A stretch of 64,000 nt of DNA from TPA_inf: Saccharomyces. Its lineage: Eukaryota. Position numbers and translations under genes: made by a program. The stretch is from positions 160,001 to 224,000 of the forward strand of contig BK006939.2 of assembly GCA_000146045.2 (NCBI GenBank), given 5' to 3'. The notes below the pieces were generated by a model. That model worked only from the letters and a program-made list of their open reading frames with translations, searched no databases and had not been told where the DNA came from. Positions within the stretch are counted from its first letter, which is position 1; each line of letters opens with the position of its first letter. Shown in pieces: positions 13,796-24,540 of this stretch.

Positions 13796-13806
13796 AAAAT
13801 ATAAAA
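13796..13806 (-). promoter_or_regulatory. 11/11 match to the ARS consensus sequence (WTTTAYRTTTW, T-rich strand is minus) in the 1.9-kb YER010C-TIR1 intergenic region; candidate replication origin
   Basis: The plus strand reads aaaatataaaa; my recollection of a mapped chrV origin near here is from memory and unverified. Confidence 0.25.
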
Positions 13807-15247
13807 TTATTCAGAAATAGCTTCATCACACAGTGTCTAGCGAAAATATTTGTTAAAATGCTTAACCCAAAGTGTCATTCTCGACAGTGAACCTTTCCTA
13901 AAAACTTACAATTGTTATTACAAAGTTCTTCGGGGGATAACAGTCATGGAGTTACAGCAATGATACCTTATGCGGCTAAGTTTTCTTTATTTGCACATAA
14001 AGGGTGCCTTCAACATTACTAGACTGCGTGGTGTTGTTCAATTCAAACTGGAGACATAGACTACGAAAATCTTTTAGTCAAATTTACAAGGGCGAGTAGC
14101 TTTTAATTGTGCCTTCATGTGCCAAGTAAATTGCGTACAAAAAGTGTCAAGAGATTTTCTCATTCCCTACATTTGCCAGTTCTATAGGCACCTTCTTGCG
14201 CATATACATATCTACAAATATCCCGGCTTATTTCCAGTATTACTATGTTTTACTCTTAATTCAAATAAGCACTGCTATTATTACTTTTGATCACGTCAAA
14301 AGATACAAAAGACAATCTACAAGTTTATGGCCTTGCATTGTTTATAATTTATGTGCTATCTGAGCATACCCGCCTTTTCTCTATTGTTATTCGAGAGAAG
14401 ACTAAAAATATCTGCTGCAAGAACAAAAATGGGAACTGCTTGTCTCTTAAAATTATCAATCCACAATGGAAATAGACTTTTTTTACACAGCAACGGTTTT
14501 TGAATGCTATGAAACGGTCATTATCAGCTAACACGCTCAACACTTTACTCCATCTTCTTAAAGGGTGTAAACAGAACGATAAATGATTTCCATAAATAGT
14601 AAGGCCCAGCCGACAGCCTGCAGCGCAAAAGTGAACCGTTTCCATCTAACTTGGATAATCTGCATTGTTCCCAACGAATGACAGAATCCATCGCCAGATC
14701 TAATAAGGTTCAATTTTCTCTATACGACGGCTATAAAAGGAAGTTTTCCGAGCGCGCTTCGAAGCAGAATAGGGAGGACCCCAGACCCGTTTTAGTGCCT
14801 GTCCCTTTTTAGTACGTGTTTCCGTTTCCGTGCCTGGCTAGATCCATCTTTCTTCGCGCGTTTATTTTCAGCACCATGTTTTAGGTTTTTACAGCATCGT
14901 TTAAGGAACCCAACAATACAATAGCGGGAAGAATGCACTTTCTCGTTCCATAAAGGGTCTCTTTCACCTATACGGTTGGTACAGATTTCCAGTGTATGCC
15001 AGTCAGCCACGGCATTACGTCGTTTGCTTCTATTTTCTTCGTTTTGAACTGCGTTTGTATGCAACTGTCCCTTGACAGAGAAAAAAGTGAAGCAAAATGA
15101 CAGACAAAGAAATCTTTTGTATAAAAGGTCGGTTGAATCTTGTTGTTAGCTTGAAATCAGCTTGCTTTTCTCCTCTAAATTACATAAAAAACCAAGAAAA
15201 TATCAGACTTTTTCATTCGCTTTCAACAAGTACTACAATAATTAAAA

Positions 15248-16012
15248 ATGGCTTACACTAAGATCGCTTTATTCGCTGCTATTGCTGCTTTGGCTTCCGC
15301 TCAAACCCAAGATCAAATTAACGAATTGAACGTTATTTTGAACGATGTCAAATCTCACTTGCAAGAGTACATTAGCTTAGCTTCTGATTCTTCCTCTGGA
15401 TTTTCCTTAAGCAGTATGCCAGCTGGTGTTTTGGATATCGGTATGGCTTTAGCTTCCGCCACTGACGACTCCTACACTACTTTGTACTCTGAGGTTGACT
15501 TTGCTGGTGTTAGCAAGATGTTGACCATGGTTCCATGGTACTCCTCTAGATTGGAACCAGCTTTGAAGTCTTTGAATGGTGATGCTTCTTCTTCTGCTGC
15601 CCCAAGCTCTTCTGCTGCTCCAACTTCTTCTGCTGCCCCAAGCTCATCTGCTGCCCCAACTTCTTCTGCTGCCTCAAGCTCTTCTGAAGCTAAGTCTTCT
15701 TCTGCTGCCCCAAGCTCTTCTGAAGCTAAGTCTTCTTCTGCTGCCCCAAGCTCTTCTGAAGCTAAGTCTTCTTCTGCTGCCCCAAGCTCTTCTGAAGCTA
15801 AGTCTTCTTCTGCTGCTCCAAGCTCCACTGAAGCTAAGATAACTTCTGCTGCTCCAAGCTCCACTGGTGCCAAGACCTCTGCCATCTCTCAAATTACCGA
15901 TGGTCAAATCCAAGCTACCAAGGCTGTTTCTGAGCAAACTGAAAACGGTGCTGCTAAGGCCTTTGTTGGTATGGGTGCTGGTGTTGTCGCAGCTGCCGCT
16001 ATGTTGTTATAA
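15248..16012 (+). CDS. TIR1: Ser/Ala-rich cell-wall mannoprotein of the Srp1/Tip1 family, 254 aa, with an N-terminal signal peptide and a C-terminal GPI-type hydrophobic tail
   Basis: The start MAYTKIALFAAIAALASA, the PAU/TIP-family N-domain, and tandem SSSEAKSSSAAP repeats are all present. Confidence 0.88.
   Translation: MAYTKIALFAAIAALASAQTQDQINELNVILNDVKSHLQEYISLASDSSSGFSLSSMPAGVLDIGMALASATDDSYTTLYSEVDFAGVSKMLTMVPWYSSRLEPALKSLNGDASSSAAPSSSAAPTSSAAPSSSAAPTSSAASSSSEAKSSSAAPSSSEAKSSSAAPSSSEAKSSSAAPSSSEAKSSSAAPSSTEAKITSAAPSSTGAKTSAISQITDGQIQATKAVSEQTENGAAKAFVGMGAGVVAAAAMLL
15586..15880 (+). repeat. in-frame tandem minisatellite inside TIR1: about four 18-bp units (SSAAP(S/T)) followed by about 4.5 copies of a 36-bp unit (tcttctgaagctaagtcttcttctgctgccccaagc)
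   Basis: Near-perfect head-to-tail copies are visible directly in the sequence. Confidence 0.9.
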
Positions 16013-16237
16013 GTTATTGGTTTTTAATAATAACTACGTAAAAAATAACCATAGTCATACCCTTTTTTATTAACTACTTTCGGTCCTTTCTTCTGCTTTA
16101 CAATTAATGTAAATATGTTTCGGTTCTTTAATTGCATATATAACAAGATTAATTTTTCTTTTTTTTAATTCATTTTGTCTTCTATAGTTTTTCCTGTGCC
16201 ATATTTTAAATGTTCCAGCGGTGTTGGCACTACTGTC

Positions 16238-16856
16238 TGTTGGATACTTGTATAAGATATCAATTTATTAACTTATTGCAAGAAATTATTTTGTGCAGTG
16301 TGAAGACTTAAAGTGTATTGAAAGACCATTGAGGAAGACCTGAACATTAACCGAATTCAACGAAGGCTGAAATGCTAGGATTGATAACGTAACAGAACTA
16401 ATTAGAATGTGTAGACATGACACATGCTGATTGAAACATCATGTCAAATCATCATCTTCCTTTGATGCTTTTTTAGCAGCTTCGAAAACTTACCTTCAAC
16501 AACAACGATTTTACATAACACTACTGGCGTTAAAGAAATGGGGTGGCAAAGATAGAAAGAAAAATTCTACTGGAGAATGTATGAATTTTGAGGTAATTTT
16601 TGGGATGCCATTGCTGTTAGAGATCATAGTATTAGGTGCACAAAATGAACAAGGAGTTCTCCTTAAGGACATACGAATCCACAAAAGGGTATGGAAATTT
16701 CTACATAGTATTGTGATTATCGTGTAGAAATACCGATTACATTTTGAGGATTCCTATATCCCGGAGGAAAAACTTCTGGTATTCTGTATACATAATATTG
16801 TAGCCTTTACCAACAATGGAATCCGAACAATTATCTCAAAATTCACCCAATTATCA
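16238..16856 (+). mobile_element. degenerate Ty1/Ty2-type LTR (delta) remnant(s); the 3' approx. 120 bp at 16740-16856 is a close delta match
   Basis: 16740-16856 matches the delta 3' end CATTTTGAGGATTCCTATATCC..AACAATGGAATCC.AACAATTATCTCAA.ATTCACCCA; 16365-16395 matches delta AGCTGAAACGCAAGGATTGATAATGTAATAG; a TGTTGGATA start-like motif sits at 16238. The total length exceeds one delta, so this is either rearranged or two partial copies. Confidence 0.6.
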
Positions 16857-16880
16857 CTTCTATCGGCTGGTGTTCGTACT

Positions 16881-17098
16881 ACTACTGTTGGAATGAAACT
16901 TTAAAATATCATTCATTCGGTAATATTCCTCTAAACAATTCTTTTTCTCAACCTAGCAAAGTAACCCACACTTAAACTTATTACGATTGTTCCTCATTGC
17001 TAATTCATATTCCAGCATCTTTGATATATCATATTTTGTCTAAATATCGTCTACCATGATGATATTCATGAAGAATAAGGTTTTTCAACCTACTTTGA
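16881..17098 (+). mobile_element. second LTR 5' fragment starting TGTTGGAATGAAAC (LTR terminal inverted repeat TGTTGGAAT), truncated or diverged, abutting tRNA-Glu
   Basis: An LTR-type 5' terminus is present; the remainder is too diverged for me to assign a Ty family. Confidence 0.4.
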
Positions 17099-17170
17099 TC
17101 CGATATAGTGTAACGGCTATCACATCACGCTTTCACCGTGGAGACCGGGGTTCGACTCCCCGTATCGGAG
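17099..17170 (+). tRNA. tE(UUC): tRNA-Glu (anticodon UUC), 72 nt, intronless; followed by a T6 pol III terminator at 17174-17179
   Basis: The sequence TCCGATATAGTGTAACGGCTATCACATCACGCTTTCACCGTGGAGACCGGGGTTCGACTCCCCGTATCGGAG contains an A box, a B box GGTTCGACTCC, and the anticodon loop CUUUCAC. Confidence 0.93.
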
Positions 17171-17692
17171 TACTTTTTTGATGGCTACAATCATAATTTG
17201 ACATACCTCATATGAATATGATGTGGTAGTAAATTAAATAGGCTGAATCCTGATAGTTTGAGCCTGGGTTCTGACTATCCGAGAAGCGCACAGCAACATA
17301 ACACCACCTTCTTTTAGTCTTTTAGCGAAAAAGTAGGAAGGCTCTGCACTCCATCGTTTTTACCATTCCTACACGTTATAAGGACTCAGACAGGCGGCGT
17401 AGTTAAAATAAATTAACACCGAGTCTTGAACATGTAATTTCTTTAGGTTCATTGAAGAGATAATTATAACTTTCCTGCCCACAAGTCCTCTGATTTACAT
17501 TCGAACGAGGCTCATTAACGTAGTGAAAACTGTTCATAACGCAATCTCTTATGAAAACCATGCGGTGAATTCCTTTTGACAGGTTCTCTATGATACTATC
17601 GACGCCTCTCAAATATCAATGCGTATTACTGCATCAGCAAAGCTCCGTCATCTACATCTAGGCCGGGGCATCTTTCGCAGCGAAATCTTTAC

Positions 17693-17701
17693 GGTGGCAA
17701 A
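17693..17701 (+). promoter_or_regulatory. PACE (Rpn4-binding proteasome-associated control element) GGTGGCAAA, about 135 bp upstream of PRE1
   Basis: Exact 9-mer present. Confidence 0.6.
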
Positions 17702-17834
17702 AAATAAAGAAAAGTGAATATTGAACACCAATTACAAGAAAAGGGAGCACCTGTCAATCGAATAAAAAAGAACAAACTTCGGGCACGTCTTTTAAATAGG
17801 TTCATATACAATACTAAGAAAGATATATTAAGAA

Positions 17835-18431
17835 ATGGATATTATTCTGGGCATCCGTGTACAGGATTCTGTCATTCTAGCGTCTTCTAAGGCAGTCACA
17901 AGAGGTATTTCTGTTTTAAAAGATTCTGATGATAAAACGAGACAATTATCGCCACATACATTGATGAGTTTTGCCGGTGAAGCTGGTGACACCGTTCAAT
18001 TCGCCGAGTACATTCAAGCCAATATCCAATTATACTCCATTAGAGAAGATTATGAGCTCTCTCCACAAGCAGTATCTAGTTTTGTTAGGCAAGAATTAGC
18101 CAAGTCAATTAGGTCGAGAAGACCATACCAAGTCAACGTATTGATTGGAGGCTATGACAAAAAGAAGAACAAACCGGAACTATATCAAATTGACTACTTG
18201 GGTACTAAAGTCGAATTACCCTATGGTGCTCATGGTTACTCGGGGTTTTACACATTCTCTTTACTAGATCATCATTATAGACCTGATATGACTACTGAGG
18301 AGGGTTTAGATTTATTAAAACTATGTGTACAAGAGCTTGAAAAAAGAATGCCAATGGACTTCAAGGGCGTCATTGTTAAAATCGTGGATAAAGATGGCAT
18401 AAGACAAGTAGATGACTTCCAGGCACAGTGA
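17835..18431 (+). CDS. PRE1: 20S proteasome beta4 subunit, 198 aa
   Basis: Ntn-hydrolase beta-subunit fold, correct length, and an upstream PACE. Confidence 0.88.
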   Translation: MDIILGIRVQDSVILASSKAVTRGISVLKDSDDKTRQLSPHTLMSFAGEAGDTVQFAEYIQANIQLYSIREDYELSPQAVSSFVRQELAKSIRSRRPYQVNVLIGGYDKKKNKPELYQIDYLGTKVELPYGAHGYSGFYTFSLLDHHYRPDMTTEEGLDLLKLCVQELEKRMPMDFKGVIVKIVDKDGIRQVDDFQAQ

Positions 18432-18840
18432 AAGATATTCAGTGTAATCACACGGAAAAGGTGATTGCTAATGATATACTAAAGTAATTATCTTCCTCGT
18501 TCATAAAATTAAATAAAGTTATTATAGTTTTTTCATCCGTTATAATAGCAAATGTATCAGAAATAAGACAATTTCTCATTTTTTGTTGGCAGAGTGAGAT
18601 ATCATCTGATCTATTGCAAATGAATCCCAATCAATGCTGATACCGCTTCGTTATAACCAATTCGAAAAGTTGTAATTATGTTACCCGCATGAGAATATTT
18701 TGAAGAAGCAATGTAGGGCTACGATAGTACTTTTGAGATGGTTTATTACTTGTTCAAATGCTGTCATCTCATGTTGTTAATGCGCTATATTTCGCACTAC
18801 GAAGCTAATTTTCAACATAGGTAACACAAAGATATTAGAG

Positions 18841-21800
18841 ATGTCTGATATATCGAAACTCATAGGAGCTATTGTGGGATCTGATGACCCCGTTATCATT
18901 GAATTTGTGCTGAATATCATAAATAAATCCGGCAATTTACAAGAGTTTATACGAAATATTCAAAAATTGGATGCCGGTATATCCTACGAAGACAGTATTA
19001 AGATGTATAATGCATTTTTAGGAAAGCAGGAAGAAGAAAAGGTACGAAATAAAGTTAAAAGTTCACCGTTAAGTCAAAAAATTAATCAGGTACTGAAAGA
19101 TGACGTTAATTTGGACGACCCTGTTGTGACTGAATTCGTCCTGAGCATTTTGAATAAATCTAAATCAATAACTGAGTTCCAGGAACAACTGAACTTGATG
19201 CAAAGCGGACTCGATAATGAAACAATTTTCAAGATATATCAAATTGCATCACCACCAGTAATGAAAGAAGAAGTCTCAGTTCTTCCAAGCACCAAGATAC
19301 CAGCAAAGATAGAAGCAAAGATTGAAGAAGAGGTACAAAAAATAGAAAGTTTAGACCCCAGCCCTGTCCTTCACAAAGTTTATGAAGGTAAAGTGAGAAA
19401 CATAACTACTTTTGGGTGTTTCGTCCAAATTTTTGGGACGCGAATGAAGAATTGTGATGGCTTAGTTCATATTTCAGAAATGTCAGACCAAAGAACATTA
19501 GATCCACATGATGTGGTGAGACAAGGCCAACATATCTTTGTCGAAGTGATAAAAATACAAAATAATGGAAAAATATCGCTCTCCATGAAAAATATTGATC
19601 AACATAGTGGAGAAATCCGGAAAAGAAATACTGAAAGTGTCGAAGATAGAGGTAGGTCCAACGATGCTCATACAAGCAGAAATATGAAAAACAAAATTAA
19701 AAGGCGTGCTTTGACTTCACCAGAAAGATGGGAAATTCGCCAACTAATTGCCAGCGGTGCTGCTTCCATCGATGACTATCCTGAATTGAAGGATGAAATA
19801 CCCATAAATACTTCCTATTTGACCGCGAAAAGAGATGACGGCAGTATCGTTAACGGTAATACAGAGAAAGTGGACTCAAAATTGGAAGAACAACAACGAG
19901 ACGAGACGGATGAAATTGATGTCGAGCTGAATACAGATGATGGGCCCAAATTTTTAAAGGATCAGCAAGTCAAGGGGGCCAAGAAATATGAAATGCCTAA
20001 AATTACAAAAGTCCCGAGAGGATTTATGAATCGTTCAGCAATCAACGGCTCTAATGCAATACGAGATCATAGAGAAGAAAAGTTAAGGAAAAAAAGAGAG
20101 ATTGAACAACAGATTAGGAAACAACAGTCGTTTGATGATCCTACGAAAAACAAAAAAGATTCCAGGAACGAAATTCAAATGTTGAAAAACCAGCTGATTG
20201 TTACTGAATGGGAAAAAAATAGAATGAATGAATCTATCTCGTATGGCAAAAGAACTTCCTTACCAATCAGTGCACAGCGTCAAACTTTGCCTGTATACGC
20301 GATGAGGTCTGAATTGATACAGGCTGTGCGTGACAATCAATTTCTGGTCATTGTTGGTGAGACAGGTTCGGGTAAAACCACTCAAATTACTCAGTATTTA
20401 GATGAAGAAGGGTTTAGTAACTATGGGATGATCGGATGTACCCAACCTCGTAGGGTTGCCGCTGTATCCGTTGCTAAAAGAGTGGCTGAAGAAGTTGGCT
20501 GCAAAGTTGGCCATGACGTTGGCTATACCATTAGATTTGAAGATGTTACTGGCCCAGATACCAGAATAAAATATATGACTGATGGTATGTTACAGAGAGA
20601 GGCGTTGTTAGATCCCGAGATGTCAAAATATTCAGTTATCATGTTAGATGAAGCTCACGAAAGAACTGTGGCAACTGATGTTTTATTTGCGTTGTTAAAG
20701 AAAGCGGCTATTAAAAGGCCAGAATTAAAAGTAATAGTTACATCGGCTACTTTGAACTCTGCTAAATTTTCTGAGTACTTTTTAAATTGTCCGATTATCA
20801 ATATACCTGGTAAAACTTTTCCCGTGGAAGTACTCTACTCACAGACGCCCCAAATGGATTACATAGAGGCAGCTTTGGATTGTGTAATAGACATCCATAT
20901 TAATGAAGGCCCAGGCGATATTTTAGTCTTTTTGACTGGACAGGAAGAAATAGACTCATGCTGTGAAATTTTATATGATAGGGTGAAAACTTTAGGTGAC
21001 AGCATCGGCGAATTACTGATTTTGCCCGTTTATTCTGCTTTGCCAAGTGAAATCCAATCGAAAATTTTTGAACCCACTCCAAAGGGCAGTCGAAAAGTCG
21101 TATTTGCCACAAATATTGCGGAAACTTCAATCACTATTGATGGAATTTATTATGTCGTGGACCCTGGATTTGCAAAAATCAACATTTATAATGCAAGAGC
21201 AGGTATCGAGCAGTTGATAGTGTCTCCAATCTCTCAGGCACAGGCAAATCAAAGAAAAGGTAGAGCTGGAAGAACAGGCCCTGGAAAATGCTATCGACTT
21301 TATACAGAATCCGCATTTTACAATGAAATGTTAGAAAACACGGTTCCAGAAATTCAAAGGCAGAATCTTTCTCATACTATTTTGATGCTAAAGGCCATGG
21401 GAATTAATGATTTATTGAAATTTGACTTCATGGATCCCCCTCCCAAAAATTTAATGCTTAACGCACTGACAGAATTATACCACCTGCAGTCACTAGATGA
21501 CGAGGGAAAACTAACAAATTTAGGTAAAGAGATGTCCTTATTTCCAATGGATCCCACTCTATCACGCTCTTTATTGTCATCTGTTGATAATCAGTGCTCG
21601 GATGAAATTGTTACTATAATCTCAATGTTGTCAGTACAGAACGTTTTTTATCGTCCAAAAGATAGGCAATTGGAAGCAGATAGCAAGAAGGCAAAGTTTC
21701 ATCATCCATACGGTGACCATTTAACATTATTGAACGTTTATACTAGATGGCAGCAGGCAAATTACTCGGAGCAGTATTGCAAAACAAACTTTCTGCATTT

Positions 21801-22278
21801 TAGACATTTGAAAAGAGCAAGAGATGTTAAAAGCCAAATTAGCATGATATTTAAAAAGATAGGCTTAAAGTTAATAAGCTGTCATAGTGATCCTGATTTA
21901 ATTCGTAAAACTTTCGTGTCAGGGTTCTTCATGAACGCTGCTAAGCGAGACTCACAGGTAGGTTATAAAACCATCAATGGTGGTACAGAGGTTGGAATAC
22001 ATCCCTCGAGTTCATTGTACGGAAAAGAGTATGAATACGTAATGTATCATAGTATCGTATTAACTAGCCGGGAATACATGTCGCAGGTAACATCCATTGA
22101 GCCCCAATGGCTTCTCGAAGTAGCGCCTCATTTTTATAAAGCTGGAGATGCTGAAAGCCAGTCTAGGAAGAAAGCGAAAATCATTCCTTTGCATAACAAG
22201 TTTGCCAAGGATCAAAATTCATGGAGACTAAGCTCAATAAGGCAGTCAAGGGAAAGGGCATTAGGTATCAAGAGGTAA
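18841..22278 (+). CDS. PRP22: DEAH-box RNA helicase required for mRNA release from the spliceosome, 1145 aa, with an N-terminal S1 motif
   Basis: Contains [25 protein letters not shown], the HA2/OB C-terminus, and an S1 domain ([15 protein letters not shown]...). Confidence 0.92.
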
Positions 22279-22599
22279 CATTGTTAGCTTTTTATGCATT
22301 ATAATTATCGAGTTTTATAGACCTATATTTAATTTTTTAACAACTTTATCTCTCTTGAGAATTTTTACATGAAAAAAATCACAGAGTAACGCTAACCTTT
22401 CTTTAATTGAAAGCTGCCATTGCTCGTTTAGTTACAAAACGCCTTTGAACTTGCCTTCGACACTTTGTTGCTTCGGAGTCGCGGAGTATTCAAAAAAAGA
22501 AATAGTATAATAGAGAGAACAATAGAGATATTCGCGAAGAACACCAATTCAAACATATCGAGTAAAGTGCAATTGAGAACGCCAAAAAGAGCTTGTATA

Positions 22600-24219
22600 A
22601 TGTTATTACCATTAACAAAGCTAAAACCGAGAGCAAAAGTTGCTGTTGTAGGGGGTGGCGTTTCTGGACTATGTTTTACTTATTTTTTAAGCAAGTTGAG
22701 ACCGGATGTTGAAATCACACTGTTCGAATCGCAGAACAGAACTGGGGGTTGGATATATTCTTGTAACACAAGAGATATGAGTGGGAACCCAATTATGTTG
22801 GAGAAGGGACCCAGAACATTGAGGGGCGTATCAGACGGGACCGTTCTGATTATGGATACCCTTAAAGACTTGGGCAAGGAAGCAGTTATTCAAAGCATTG
22901 ATAAAGGTTGCATTGCAGACAAAAAGTTTCTACTAGACCCCAGTGATAAACTCGTGCAGGTTCCTAATTCGATATCTACAACAGTAAAATTTCTGCTGAA
23001 TCCGTTGGGAAAAGGACTCATCACGGGTATGATGGGAGAATGGTTCAGAAAAAAATCTCCACATCCTGGCCAAGACGAAAGTGTCGAATCCATTTGTGAC
23101 AGAAGGTTTGGGAATAACTACATATCAAACAATATGATCAGTGCCTTACTAAGAGGTATCTATGGGGATGACGTTTCCCTATTAAGTGCCAAGAGAACGT
23201 TTAAGAAAATATACTACAATGAACTAAAGCACGGATCTAACACACAAGCTATGATTGATAATATGCGCGGAAAGTCAAGAAGTAAAAAAACTGAGAACCT
23301 GCACCAATCTTTAACTGGCTGCCTTAACGACTACTCAAATGCGTTTGGAAAAGACAGGTCAAAGTTATTAGACTTATCCAACACGCTAAAGAAATATCCC
23401 ATGTTGGGTCTTGCTGGGGGACTAGAAACGTTTCCCAAGATAGTCAGAAATGCTTTGAACGAATTTAAAAACGTCAAAATAGTTACTGGGAACCCGGTTA
23501 CGCAAATAATGAAACGCCCTGCTAACGAAACGACAATCGGATTGAAAGCGAAATCTGGCGACCAATACGAAACATTTGACCATTTAAGACTTACGATAAC
23601 ACCTCCCAAAATCGCTAAATTGCTACCGAAGGATCAAAATTCATTATCCAAGTTATTAGATGAGATACAATCAAACACAATAATTTTAGTTAATTATTAT
23701 TTGCCAAACAAAGATGTAATAGATGCCGATCTACAAGGCTTTGGATACTTGGTTCCCAAATCCAATAAGAATCCAGGGAAATTGCTTGGTGTAATTTTCG
23801 ATTCTGTTATCGAAAGGAATTTCAAACCACTTTTTGACAAACTCTCCACAAACCCAAACGCCCTCAACAAATATACAAAAGTGACTGCGATGATAGGAGG
23901 TTGTATGCTCAATGAACACGGTGTTCCTGTAGTGCCATCCAGGGAGGTAACCATTAATGCAGTCAAAGATGCGCTGAACAACCACCTCGGCATCAGTAAC
24001 AAGGATCTGGAAGCTGGTCAGTGGGAATTCACTATCGCCGATAGATGTCTGCCAAGATTTCATGTAGGTTATGACGCATGGCAAGAAAGAGCTGAAAGGA
24101 AGTTGCAAGAATCTTACGGCCAAACAGTTTCTGTGGGGGGAATGGGATTTTCTAGAAGTCCCGGTGTCCCTGACGTTATTGTAGACGGCTTTAACGACGC
24201 CTTACAGCTAAGCAAATAA
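22600..24219 (+). CDS. HEM14: protoporphyrinogen oxidase (FAD, mitochondrial), 539 aa
   Basis: The start MLLPLTKLKPRAKVAVVGGGVSGL carries a GxGxxG FAD dinucleotide fold. The ORF-track start at 22465 adds 45 aa that are probably not translated. Confidence 0.85.
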   Translation: MLLPLTKLKPRAKVAVVGGGVSGLCFTYFLSKLRPDVEITLFESQNRTGGWIYSCNTRDMSGNPIMLEKGPRTLRGVSDGTVLIMDTLKDLGKEAVIQSIDKGCIADKKFLLDPSDKLVQVPNSISTTVKFLLNPLGKGLITGMMGEWFRKKSPHPGQDESVESICDRRFGNNYISNNMISALLRGIYGDDVSLLSAKRTFKKIYYNELKHGSNTQAMIDNMRGKSRSKKTENLHQSLTGCLNDYSNAFGKDRSKLLDLSNTLKKYPMLGLAGGLETFPKIVRNALNEFKNVKIVTGNPVTQIMKRPANETTIGLKAKSGDQYETFDHLRLTITPPKIAKLLPKDQNSLSKLLDEIQSNTIILVNYYLPNKDVIDADLQGFGYLVPKSNKNPGKLLGVIFDSVIERNFKPLFDKLSTNPNALNKYTKVTAMIGGCMLNEHGVPVVPSREVTINAVKDALNNHLGISNKDLEAGQWEFTIADRCLPRFHVGYDAWQERAERKLQESYGQTVSVGGMGFSRSPGVPDVIVDGFNDALQLSK

Positions 24220-24540
24220 GTACGTATATATATGGTTAGCTTTACGCAAACTACTTCTTTTGACAATTGAGGCAGTTATCAGCTAATAAGAAAAAGTAGT
24301 TAGTATCAAAAGACACAATTTATTTATATTAACCAAATTTTTCAGAACATCCTCCGGACCGTCAGTCTTTAACGCCGAGCCGCCGATGATGGGTTGGAGT
24401 CAAAACGAGGGAACTCAATATTAATTGCGGAGTTGAGCGATGATGGGTTGGAACTATATAAAGCATCGGAAACGCATGGCTAAGGGAAGTGGAAGAATGC
24501 AGGTTACAAAAAACGGATAAGAACAAACTTGTTTCGAAAT

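Noticed and set aside
15472-15937. Three ORFs (137, 88 and 87 aa) in alternate and antisense frames of TIR1
   Set aside because: They are artefacts of the in-frame 36-bp tandem repeat, which keeps every frame open. The TIR1 frame carries the signal peptide and the GPI tail.
23697-24123. 130-aa and 101-aa minus-strand ORFs antisense to the HEM14 3' region (position of the dubious ORF YER014C-A/BUD25)
   Set aside because: They are fully embedded antisense in a well-supported conserved gene and show no independent coding signal.
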